Shown here: piece by piece, positions 17,139 to 25,609 of the stretch
How positions within the stretch are numbered: position 1 is the stretch's first letter
Layout of the letters: each line of letters opens with the position of its first letter
Assembly (NCBI GenBank): GCA_002071335.1
Contig: MWEZ01000002.1
Coordinates: forward strand, 1 to 57,050
DNA length: 57,050 nt
Direction: 5' to 3'
From: Verrucomicrobia bacterium ADurb.Bin018
GTDB lineage: Bacteria; Verrucomicrobiota; Kiritimatiellia; CAIQIC01; Lenti-01
Position numbers and translations under genes: made by a program
Notes under the pieces: generated by a model
The model's database searches: none
Told to the model about the DNA's origin: nothing
The model's input: only the letters and a program-made list of their open reading frames with translations

Positions 17139-17939
17139 TTATTCTTCCACCACTTCCACGTTGCGCAGCGCCTTGATCAGGTCCATGGTCAAGCCTTCCA
17201 TGTTCAGGATGATCCGGGACAAGCGGTTCTTGAAGTAGGTGTAGAACGACACGGCCGGGATCGCCACCACCAGACCGGCGGCGGTGGTCCACAGCGCTTG
17301 GGCGATATTGAGCGCCAGCATGGCCTGCTGCGCGGCGCCCGCCTGCGTGTTGGCCAAGTTGGCGAAGGCCATGATCATGCCTTGCACCGTGCCGAGCAGC
17401 CCAAGCATCGGGGCAATATTGCCGTTCATGTTCAGGTAGGACACGCGCTGCATCATCTTTTCGCTCTCGAGGTCGGCGGCCACGCCCACCTGCTCCTGAA
17501 TAACTTCAAAGCCTTCCTTCACGTTGCGGAAGCCCGCCAGCAAAATGGCGGAAAGCGGTCCTTGATCCTGTTCGCAGCGCTGCATGGCCTTGATGACATC
17601 GCCCTGCTCCATGGCTTCGCGAACATCGTTCACCAACGCTTCGGGAATGATGCGCTTGGGACTGACGGTGATGAAGAAGTCAATGACCAGCCATGCCGCG
17701 GCAATGGAAGTGGCCAACAGGCCCAACCAAAGCACCACGCCCAGCCAGCCGGAGCCAACAATCACCTGCCACAGGCCGGAAGACGGCGCAGCGGCTTCGC
17801 CACCACCGGAGCCTTCCATCACCAATTCGCCGGCGGGTGCGGCGGCTTCTTCCTGCGCCAAGGTAGCCAGCGGCACCAGCACCAAAGCGGCCAAAACCAG
17901 AATCCCCAATGTCAACTGCAGTTTCTTGGACATGTTCAT
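17139..17939 (-). CDS. exbB: MotA/TolQ/ExbB proton-channel family protein
   Basis: 266 aa with a signal-like N-terminus, three TM segments and the conserved C-terminal GNIAPMLGLLGTVQGM...ALWTTAAGL region. Confidence 0.9.
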   Translation of the reverse strand: MNMSKKLQLTLGILVLAALVLVPLATLAQEEAAAPAGELVMEGSGGGEAAAPSSGLWQVIVGSGWLGVVLWLGLLATSIAAAWLVIDFFITVSPKRIIPEALVNDVREAMEQGDVIKAMQRCEQDQGPLSAILLAGFRNVKEGFEVIQEQVGVAADLESEKMMQRVSYLNMNGNIAPMLGLLGTVQGMIMAFANLANTQAGAAQQAMLALNIAQALWTTAAGLVVAIPAVSFYTYFKNRLSRIILNMEGLTMDLIKALRNVEVVEE

Positions 17940-17963
17940 TCTCCTTCAGTTCTTTTTACATTG

Positions 17964-18767
17964 TTACATTTTGCCCCGAGCCTGCGCGGCATAGGGCGAA
18001 GAGCCGTACTCGTTGACCACTTTCTTATACATATCCTTTGCGCGCGGGTCACGCAATTGTTCCAAGGCGGCGGCGGCTTTGTATGTGGCCTCGCCCATGA
18101 TCATCGGATCGCGCACGTCGGCAAACAGAATGGCCGTGCGCAGATAGTCCAGCGCAGCCAGCTCGACGTTGTTTTGATCCAACTGGATATCGCCGCGCAT
18201 GGTCTGGGCACGGGCCGCATCAGTCCGGCTGCCGGACGCCGCCACGGCATCCAACTGGCGCAGCAGCGCCGGATATTGCTTGGCCTTGAGCATGGCCGTC
18301 CGCATGCCCCACGCCGAGTCCGCGTTTTGTTTCTCGGCGGGCGACAACTGGAACAACTGCTCATAGGCCTTCACCGCACCCTCGGCATCACCCTTGGCCA
18401 GCAGGGCCTGCCCGAGCAGCTTGGCGGCTTCCACATCCCAGCCCAAGTGCCGGTATTTGGCAATCACGCCTTCCAGCAGCGATTTGGCCGCGTCATATTT
18501 CTGGGCCTTGATGGCTGCCGCGGCTTGGTCAATTTCCGCCGGCTTGTCGGCCACCGCGCGCTGGTAAGAGCCCTTGGGGAACGTCCGGCTGCCCATGTCG
18601 GTCATCAGGGTAATATCGCCATTGGGCTGGGCGCGGATGGCGGTGCCGGTAATTTGCTTGCCATCATTAAGCACCACGTAGGGCGCGGCCCAGACCGTGC
18701 CAGCCAGCATGGCCAGCGCGACGCAGATTCCAAGGATTCTCATAGTTTTCATGCTCTGGTCTCCCAT
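17964..18767 (-). CDS. TPR-like repeat protein with signal peptide
   Basis: 267 aa with a signal-like MKTMRILGICVALAMLAGTVWA and Ala/Leu-rich helical repeats. Starts 2 nt after the upstream TPR gene's stop. Confidence 0.7.
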   Translation of the reverse strand: MGDQSMKTMRILGICVALAMLAGTVWAAPYVVLNDGKQITGTAIRAQPNGDITLMTDMGSRTFPKGSYQRAVADKPAEIDQAAAAIKAQKYDAAKSLLEGVIAKYRHLGWDVEAAKLLGQALLAKGDAEGAVKAYEQLFQLSPAEKQNADSAWGMRTAMLKAKQYPALLRQLDAVAASGSRTDAARAQTMRGDIQLDQNNVELAALDYLRTAILFADVRDPMIMGEATYKAAAALEQLRDPRAKDMYKKVVNEYGSSPYAAQARGKM

Positions 18768-18769
18768 GT

Positions 18770-21601
18770 TTACATTTCGGTTTCGGCGGCAGGCGCGGTC
18801 GGTTCGGCGGGCGCGGCGGGTTCAACCGCCGCCGGTGCGGCCACTTCCGCATTTACCTTGAAGGAAGCCGTCGTCCGTTTTTGCCGCACTTCGTTGATCT
18901 TGGGGCTGGTCGGATACAGTTGCAAATAGCGGTCGCAGCTTTCGAGGACATCCGCGCTGCGGTCGAGTTCGTTCGCCACATCAATGGCCGCGAGGATGGC
19001 GGTGGCCACCTGCTGGCGCTCGCGCTCCGTCTTCATGCTCTGGCTGCCGAAGTATTCCATGCGCTTGTAGGTGGCCAGCGCGCCGACCAGGTCCTTCTCC
19101 TGTTCGAGGATCTGGGCGTAGAGGAGGCTGGCATCGTTGACCACTTCCGGTTCGCGCGCGTACTTGAAGATGTCGTTGAGCGCGGTCTTGGCAGCGGGCA
19201 GGCTGCCCAGTTTGAGGTTCGCGCGCGCGAGGGTGAATTTGGCCTGATAGAACAGCGCCGAATTGGGCCAGCGAGTCATCAGGTCGTTGAGCGCGGCCAC
19301 GGAGTCCGCATAGTCGCCCAGCTCATACTTGGCGGCCCCCATCCCATAAAGGGCGCGCTCCAGCACGGCGCGCTCTTCGGTTTTGCCAACCACCTGGCCA
19401 AATGCGCCGGCGGCCTCGGCCCACTGCTTGTGCTCCAGCATGGCCTGGCCCACGCGGGCAAATTCTTCCACTTTGTAGCTGCCGGGGCTGGCCAGCATGG
19501 CGGTCAGGGCGTCCTTGGCCTGCGCATATTGAGCCAGCTCCAGTGCGCCGCTAATGCGCGCATACTGCGCGTTCTTGCCTTCATCGGTGTTGGGATATTC
19601 CGCGGCCAGCCGCGCATACGTATCGTTGGCGCCGGGGTCCTTCAGCGCCATTTGCAACGACCCCTTCAAGTTGAGCGCCTTGGCCGCCAGATCGGACTTG
19701 GGATAAAAACCGAGGAATTCATCCAGCTTTTGGATGGCCGCCTTGCGAGTGGCATCGTTCGGCAGGCGGCTGAGACTATAGGCAAAGTAAAACCGCGCCT
19801 GCTCCAGCAAGGTGGCATTGCGCTGGATGTCCGCCGCCGAGTTGCCATAAGGATTGCCCGCCGGCGAAATAGCGGCAATCAGCGCGTTGAACTGCCGCGC
19901 GGCCTCGGCCAACTGGTCCGTGCGCCGGTAGCAATCGCCCAGCGCGAACATGGCCTGCGCCCGCGTGGGGCTCGGCTGCGACGACTCCAGATACAGCTTC
20001 ATGCCGTCAATCGCCCCCGCGTAATCTTGATCCGCGTAGGCCTTCCACGCGCGCTTGCTCAGCGCCTTCGGGTAGTTCTGGTCGTTGGGATAGTCGGTGA
20101 TGATCTTCGCCAGATAGTTGTTGGCGGTGTCCTGATCGCCCGCCTGCTCGGCCTTGCTGGCCAGATAAAACAGGATTTGTCCCGCCCGCGAGTCCTGCGG
20201 ACAATAGGCCAGGTAGCGGTCGAACAAATACTTCGACATCTCGGCGTTGCCGGCGCGGTCATACAACTGCGCGGCGGACACCAGCCCCTTGGCGGGGATG
20301 TCGCTCTTGGCCGCGAACCGCTCGCCCAGATAGTTCGCCGCCACCTTCGCATACAGCGAATCATCCAGATTCTGGTAGCACTGCAACAGGTTGGCCACCG
20401 CCGCTATGGAGAGCTCTCCCGACTCCGGGAACCGCGACAACACTTGCAGATATTCCGCCGCCGCATCCGCATATTGCTTCGAGCGGAACATGTTGTCCGC
20501 CATCATGAACTCGGTGCCCGCCGCCTTGTTGGCCAACGTGGTGGGCAGGTCAATCTTAACCTGCTTGCCGTACTTGGTTTCGAGGATTTCCTTGATCTCC
20601 TTGGCCGCCATGCCCGCGCTGGGACCCCACTCGCTGTCGCCGTATTTGATGAAGACGTTGTAATACTCGCCCAGCGCGCCGCTATACGCCTTGATGGCCT
20701 CCTCTTCCTTGCCTGCCTGCCCGGCCAACTTGTCGGCCTCCTCGCGGAAGAGCCGGCCCAGCAGCGACCGCGTGCCGGCCATCGGGCTTTCCTTGAGCGG
20801 GATCCCCATTTCCTTGAGGTTCTCGTCAATGGGCTTGATGACATCCATGTACTCCATCAGCACCTTCTTCGCGCCCGCCGGATTGCCCTTGGCCAGCTCA
20901 ATGTTCGCCAGCACCACGATGGAATCCACAAACTGCAAGTCCATGCCGCCCCACTGGATCGTCTCGCAAAGCTTGCGGGCCTCATCCAGCAACTTGTTTT
21001 TGTCGTCACCGCTCTTGTTTTCAGCTGCGCGCACCAGCGCTTGCGCGCGGTGCACCTGCATCGAGCGCTGCATTTCCTTGCCATCCGCCACTTCCTCGAC
21101 GCGCTTGAAGCTCTTGGCCGCCTCCTCGAACTGGCTGATCATCTGCAACATCTGCGCGTACTGATACGCCGCGTCGCGGTAAAACCGCGCCACATCCGCA
21201 TCCGTCGGCTTCTGGTTTTCGTACAACTTGAAAAAGGCATCATAGAGCGCCCGCGCCTTGTCGTATTCGCCGATCCCGAAATAGTTGCGCGCCAACGCCA
21301 GGCTGATCGCCTGCGCCTTGGGGTTGCTCATCCCCATCTCGTTGATGATCGCCTCCGCGTCCGCGTATTGCCGGCGCTGAATCAGGATTTCCGCTTGGAT
21401 GATCCGGCTGCGGTCTTTTTGCGAAGGGTCCTTCGCCAGCACCGCATCCACCACTTTTTGCGCAAAGTCCGCGAAGGGAGGCTGATAGTTCACCAGTCCG
21501 GAAGCAAACTTGAAGTCCTCGTCCACGTCCGCCCGGGCCCCCCAGCCCGCCAGCATTACAGTTGCCATCACCACCGTGCCGACCCACTTGCTCTTTTTCA
21601 T
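18770..21601 (-). CDS. large tetratricopeptide-repeat protein with signal peptide
   Basis: About 943 aa of TPR-type repeats (recurrent A..Y/F..A...P motifs). The preferred start is ATG 21601 (MKKSKWVGTVVMATVMLAGWGARA, with AGGAG 12 nt upstream). The track start 21613 is an alternative. Confidence 0.8.
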   Translation of the reverse strand: MKKSKWVGTVVMATVMLAGWGARADVDEDFKFASGLVNYQPPFADFAQKVVDAVLAKDPSQKDRSRIIQAEILIQRRQYADAEAIINEMGMSNPKAQAISLALARNYFGIGEYDKARALYDAFFKLYENQKPTDADVARFYRDAAYQYAQMLQMISQFEEAAKSFKRVEEVADGKEMQRSMQVHRAQALVRAAENKSGDDKNKLLDEARKLCETIQWGGMDLQFVDSIVVLANIELAKGNPAGAKKVLMEYMDVIKPIDENLKEMGIPLKESPMAGTRSLLGRLFREEADKLAGQAGKEEEAIKAYSGALGEYYNVFIKYGDSEWGPSAGMAAKEIKEILETKYGKQVKIDLPTTLANKAAGTEFMMADNMFRSKQYADAAAEYLQVLSRFPESGELSIAAVANLLQCYQNLDDSLYAKVAANYLGERFAAKSDIPAKGLVSAAQLYDRAGNAEMSKYLFDRYLAYCPQDSRAGQILFYLASKAEQAGDQDTANNYLAKIITDYPNDQNYPKALSKRAWKAYADQDYAGAIDGMKLYLESSQPSPTRAQAMFALGDCYRRTDQLAEAARQFNALIAAISPAGNPYGNSAADIQRNATLLEQARFYFAYSLSRLPNDATRKAAIQKLDEFLGFYPKSDLAAKALNLKGSLQMALKDPGANDTYARLAAEYPNTDEGKNAQYARISGALELAQYAQAKDALTAMLASPGSYKVEEFARVGQAMLEHKQWAEAAGAFGQVVGKTEERAVLERALYGMGAAKYELGDYADSVAALNDLMTRWPNSALFYQAKFTLARANLKLGSLPAAKTALNDIFKYAREPEVVNDASLLYAQILEQEKDLVGALATYKRMEYFGSQSMKTERERQQVATAILAAIDVANELDRSADVLESCDRYLQLYPTSPKINEVRQKRTTASFKVNAEVAAPAAVEPAAPAEPTAPAAETEM

Positions 21602-21728
21602 GGTCGCATCCATCTCCTACAAAATGGCCTGTCTGCCAGTCGAACGCTGTTGCAGATTCATGACTTGTTTATACCTGTTCAACCGGACTATCGTCAACCC
21701 GGAAGACATCTTTTTTGCGGAACCCACC

Positions 21729-22820
21729 ATGCTCTACAAGGAATACGGCTCCACCGGCAAGCGAATCAGCGTCATTGGCTGCGGCGGCATGCGCCTGCCC
21801 ACGCCCCATGACCACGCCGCCGGCATCGCCATCCTGCACGCCGCCCGCCGCGCTGGCATCAACTACTTCGACACCGCCCCCTTCTACTGCGACGACCAAA
21901 GCGAGGCCATCTTCGGCGAGGCCCTCCGCACCATGCCCCCCTCCCCCCACCCCCTCTACCTCTCCTCCAAATGCTCTCACGCCAACGGCGCTGATTTCCG
22001 CCGCGGCCTCGAAAAATCCCTGCGCCGCCTCGGCGTCCCCCGCATTGACTTCTTCCACATCTGGTGCGTCATGGATGCCGCCGACTGGCAGGCCCGACTT
22101 CGTGGCGGCGCCCTCCGCGCCGCCCTACGCGCCAAGGAAGAAGGCCTTATTGGCCACATCTGCGTCTCCGCCCACATGAGCGGCCCTGAAATCGAGGACA
22201 TGATCCGCCAGCACCCGGAAATCGAAGGCCTCACCCTTGGCAGCAACGCCATCAACTTCCCCTACCGCCAACAAGGCGTCACCGCTGCCCACCGCCATCA
22301 CCGCGGCGTAGTGGCCATGAACCCGCTGGGCGGCGGCATCATCCCCCAACACCCCGCCGCTTTTGATTTCATCCGCAGCCCGGACGACCCCGACGTCGTC
22401 ACCGCCGCCCTGCGGTTCCTCATCTCCGACCCCGCCATCACCTCGGCGCTTATCGGATTCCACAGCCTCGAAGAAGTGGCCGCCGCTGTCCGCGCCGTCG
22501 AACAATTCGCCCCCTACCCGCCCACCCATCTAGACGCCATCCGCCGCCGCCTCACCAGCGACTTCAACGAAATGTGCACCGGCTGCGGCTATTGCCTCCC
22601 CTGCCCCGCTGGAATCCCCATCCCGCGCCTCATGGACATCCACAACCTCATGCAACTCGGCGCCACCGATCGCGCCATCCACGACCGCTTCCAAAACCAC
22701 TGGGAACTCACCCCCGCCCAAGCCGCCGACTGCACCGCTTGCGGCCAATGCGAATCCCGCTGCACCCAGCACCTCCCCATCATCCAGCGCCTCAAAAAAA
22801 TCGCCGCCTTCCCCCTCTGA
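21729..22820 (+). CDS. aldo/keto reductase with C-terminal 4Fe-4S-binding Cys motifs
   Basis: MLYKEYGSTGKRISVIGCGGMRL is an AKR start. The C-terminus has CTGCGYCLPCP and CTACGQCESRC clusters. The start was set at ATG 21729, in frame with track ORF 21510. Confidence 0.85.
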   Translation: MLYKEYGSTGKRISVIGCGGMRLPTPHDHAAGIAILHAARRAGINYFDTAPFYCDDQSEAIFGEALRTMPPSPHPLYLSSKCSHANGADFRRGLEKSLRRLGVPRIDFFHIWCVMDAADWQARLRGGALRAALRAKEEGLIGHICVSAHMSGPEIEDMIRQHPEIEGLTLGSNAINFPYRQQGVTAAHRHHRGVVAMNPLGGGIIPQHPAAFDFIRSPDDPDVVTAALRFLISDPAITSALIGFHSLEEVAAAVRAVEQFAPYPPTHLDAIRRRLTSDFNEMCTGCGYCLPCPAGIPIPRLMDIHNLMQLGATDRAIHDRFQNHWELTPAQAADCTACGQCESRCTQHLPIIQRLKKIAAFPL

Positions 22821-22829
22821 AGCCCCTCA

Positions 22830-22934
22830 TTTTTCCACACTGTGGAAAACATATTTCCATGCTGTGGAATAAATTACGCTTTAGGTACCCAATTTTTCCA
22901 CACTGTGGAAAACTTATTTCCACGCCGTGGAAAA
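22830..22934. repeat. array 2 of the TTCCA-N5-TGGAA palindrome family (4 units)
   Basis: Cores at 22833-22847, 22855-22869, 22896-22910 and 22918-22932. Centre spacings are 22, 41 and 22 bp. The array lies in the convergent gap between the AKR gene and waaA. Confidence 0.9.
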
Positions 22935-22992
22935 CCCTCTCCGCCAGCCTGCCCTCCCGCCCGAATCAGGACCACAAAAGACCCATTTTTAT

Positions 22993-23036
22993 TTCACTTA
23001 TTGCAATATGTGAATTCACTTATTGTAATAAGTGAA
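22993..23036. repeat. two abutting 22-bp AT-rich palindromes TTCAC-N12-GTGAA
   Basis: TTCACTTATTGCAATATGTGAA (22993-23014, near-perfect) and TTCACTTATTGTAATAAGTGAA (23015-23036, perfect 10-bp arms). They also read as two direct 16-mers TTCACTTATTG(C/T)AATA. They sit in a strikingly AT-rich ~60 bp stretch. Confidence 0.85.
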
Positions 23037-23069
23037 ACAATACTTGGCTGTGTTGCTGCGCGTTGAATT

Positions 23070-24380
23070 TTAGTCGGGAAGACGTTCGGCCAAGACTCGC
23101 TCGGCCATCCGGCGGGTGGCGCCGGCTCTGTTGGCCACGAGGTCGGCAGCGGCGCGGCCAAGCCGGTTGCGCGCGGCGGGATCGTCCAACAATTCCAGCA
23201 AAATTCGGTGCAAATCGGCAGTGTCACGGGCTTGGCGCCACGCGCCGGCAGCGGTGAAGTCGTCGGCAATCACCGCAAAGTTTTCCATGTGGGGCCCCAC
23301 CACCACGGGCTTGCCGTCACGGGCGGGTTCAATTGGATTTTGTCCGCCGGTTTGGGTGAGGCTTTTTCCAACAAAAATCAAATCGGCGGCGGCATAAAAT
23401 CCGCGGAGTTCGCCGGTGGTGTCCACCAGCAGGACGTCGGGGCGTTGTTCGGGAACGGGGGCGTCGTCGGGGAACTGACTGCGCTGGACGTAGTGCAGGC
23501 CGCGGCGGCGGATTTCGTCGAGGACTTCCTCCCGACGCTCGGCGTGGCGGGGCACCAGAACCAGCAACAATCCCGGATGTGTGGCCTTGGCGGTTTGATA
23601 GAAATCGAGCAGGACCGCTTCTTCGCCGGCCCACGTGGAGCCGCCAACCAGCACGGGGTGGCCGGGCTTCACGCCCAGCTTGGCGAGGAGCGCGCTGGCC
23701 CGGGCTTCCGCCGTAGGCGCGGTGGGGCCAATGTCATATTTGGCGCTGCCGGCAATTTCCACCCGCTCGGGCGGCGCACCCAGAGCCAGCAGCCGGTCGC
23801 GGTCCACTTCGCTCTGCACGCAAAACCAGTTCAGGCGTGGCAGCAGGCGGCGGGTAATGAACCGGAGCTTGCGGTAGCCCTTGAACGAATGGGCGGAAAT
23901 CCGGCCGTTAACCAGCAAGACGGGGATGCCGCGCTTGCGGGAGTAGCGAATCAGATTGGGCCACATTTCGTTTTCGATGAGCACCACGGCGCTGGGCCGG
24001 ATGCGCCGCAGGGCGCGGGTGACCACGCCGGGCACATCCATCGGGAAATAGAGCGTGACATCGGGCGCGTGAACTTTTTTCAGCGCGAGGGCATGGCCGG
24101 TGGAGGTGTTGGTGGTCAGCACAAAGCGCAAGTTCGGGGCGCGGCGGCGCAACTCATCCATAAATGAAAAAGCCACGGCCAACTCGCCGACGCTGACAGC
24201 TTGAATCCAGATGGGTCGGCCGGGTGCGGCGAGCAAGTCGGCGGTGGCGGCGTTATACCACGCAAAACGCTGGGTAAAGTCGCGCGCGTAGCCGCCGCGG
24301 CGCAGCATCCGCCAGATGAAATGCGGCAGCAAAAAGGCGAACGCAATCGGAAACAACAAGTTATATAACCACCAAATCAC
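23070..24380 (-). CDS. waaA: 3-deoxy-D-manno-octulosonic acid (Kdo) transferase
   Basis: 436 aa with an N-terminal membrane anchor and the PIWIQAVSVGE motif typical of KdtA/WaaA. Confidence 0.9.
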   Translation of the reverse strand: MIWWLYNLLFPIAFAFLLPHFIWRMLRRGGYARDFTQRFAWYNAATADLLAAPGRPIWIQAVSVGELAVAFSFMDELRRRAPNLRFVLTTNTSTGHALALKKVHAPDVTLYFPMDVPGVVTRALRRIRPSAVVLIENEMWPNLIRYSRKRGIPVLLVNGRISAHSFKGYRKLRFITRRLLPRLNWFCVQSEVDRDRLLALGAPPERVEIAGSAKYDIGPTAPTAEARASALLAKLGVKPGHPVLVGGSTWAGEEAVLLDFYQTAKATHPGLLLVLVPRHAERREEVLDEIRRRGLHYVQRSQFPDDAPVPEQRPDVLLVDTTGELRGFYAAADLIFVGKSLTQTGGQNPIEPARDGKPVVVGPHMENFAVIADDFTAAGAWRQARDTADLHRILLELLDDPAARNRLGRAAADLVANRAGATRRMAERVLAERLPD

Positions 24381-25588
24381 GGCACAAATCCTTTGTTCAT
24401 CTGCAAGATGGGCAGCAGTACGGCCAGCGCAATCAACGTTACAAACAGGCCCACCACCAACGTCAAACCGATTTCCAGCAGCAGCATTCCGCGGGTGGCC
24501 AGGCGGTCCCAGCTTTGTTGGAAACGCTGCGCGGCGTTATCCAGCAGGCCAACCAAATTACCACCGGCTTCGCCGGCTTGCACCCAGGCCGCCAGCGAGG
24601 GATGCAGTGGCTGAATGCTGCGGATGACAGCCACCAGCGGCTTCCCCTGCCCCATGGCTTCGGTTTCGCGCGCCGCGCAGGAAGCGAGCCACGCGCTGCC
24701 GGAGGCCCGCCCGGCCATCGGCACGCTTTCGATCAGGCTCACGCCGCGCTCCAACAGCAACCCGAACACCCTCACAAAACGCAGGCTGGCCAGATTCCGC
24801 CAGCCGCCGCCGATGATCGGCAACGAGAACAAGCGGCGGTCCAGGCGGATGCGCCACACTTCATCAGTGCGCCAGCGCCGCCGCAGCACAAAAAATGCCG
24901 CCACCGCGCCGGCCACCAGCAGGAGCAACAGCAGGCCGAGCGTCCGCCCGCCCGCCAGCAGGATGCGCGTTAACGCCGGCAACTGCAGGTTTGCCTCGGT
25001 GAAGAGGCTTTGCACCTTGGGCAGCAGCAGCGTGAGCACGAGGCCACCGATGATCAACGCCAGCGAAACCACAACCAGCGGATATAACAGCGCGGTCATC
25101 AGCTTTTCGCGCAATTTTTCCTGTTCTTCCAAAAATGCGGCCAACCGCGCCAGCGCTTCGGGCATGCCGCCGGTACGCTCGCCCACTTCGATCACGGCCT
25201 GCTCGAAGAGTGTCACCTGCGGCGAGACGGCCGGCATGGCGGCGCTCAGCGGGCGGCCTTCGCGCACCATGTCGCGCACGGCGGCCAGCAGGGTGCGGGC
25301 CTGATCCAGCTCGGGCGCTTGCAGAATGACATCGAGGGCGGGCACCAACGCCACGCCGGAGCCGAGCAGTGCGGCCAGCTCGCGATAAAACATGGTGCGC
25401 ACGTCTGAGGAAAAAATGGTGGCGCGTGCCCCGCGCCGGGCGGCGGTGCCGCGCGCGGCCTGTACGCTTTCCGGTAAGATACCGCGCACGGTGAGGCGCT
25501 TGCGGGCATCCTTGAGGTCCGCGGCTTCGATCAATCCGGACTGCGCGCGGCCGGCGGCATCAAAGCCCTTATATTCAAAGGTCATCAC
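24377..25588 (-). CDS. gspF: type II secretion system protein F (GspF/PilC family)
   Basis: 403 aa with two T2SSF-type repeats and three TM segments. The stop overlaps the waaA start (ATGA). Confidence 0.88.
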   Translation of the reverse strand: MMTFEYKGFDAAGRAQSGLIEAADLKDARKRLTVRGILPESVQAARGTAARRGARATIFSSDVRTMFYRELAALLGSGVALVPALDVILQAPELDQARTLLAAVRDMVREGRPLSAAMPAVSPQVTLFEQAVIEVGERTGGMPEALARLAAFLEEQEKLREKLMTALLYPLVVVSLALIIGGLVLTLLLPKVQSLFTEANLQLPALTRILLAGGRTLGLLLLLLVAGAVAAFFVLRRRWRTDEVWRIRLDRRLFSLPIIGGGWRNLASLRFVRVFGLLLERGVSLIESVPMAGRASGSAWLASCAARETEAMGQGKPLVAVIRSIQPLHPSLAAWVQAGEAGGNLVGLLDNAAQRFQQSWDRLATRGMLLLEIGLTLVVGLFVTLIALAVLLPILQMNKGFVP

Positions 25589-25609
25589 GGCGGTGTGCGC
25601 TCCCGGCCT

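Noticed and set aside
18881-21811. 976-aa plus-strand ORF opposite the large TPR gene. Similar antisense ORFs lie opposite gpmI (4678..5784), gspE (25595..26974), the TonB-anchor::QW genes (12258..13301, 15016..16209), the thi genes and the ATPase.
   Set aside because: Same reason as above. The opposite-strand genes have clear family signatures, while these translations are Arg/Gly/His-rich and match no family.
22821-23069. Calling array 2 plus the AT-rich palindromes the chromosomal origin outright
   Set aside because: No dnaA or dnaN is nearby, and there are three similar arrays in 57 kb. The leftward orientation of rpoBC, the ribosomal genes and tuf to its right would be head-on to a fork leaving this site. 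It is kept only as a hypothesis to test.
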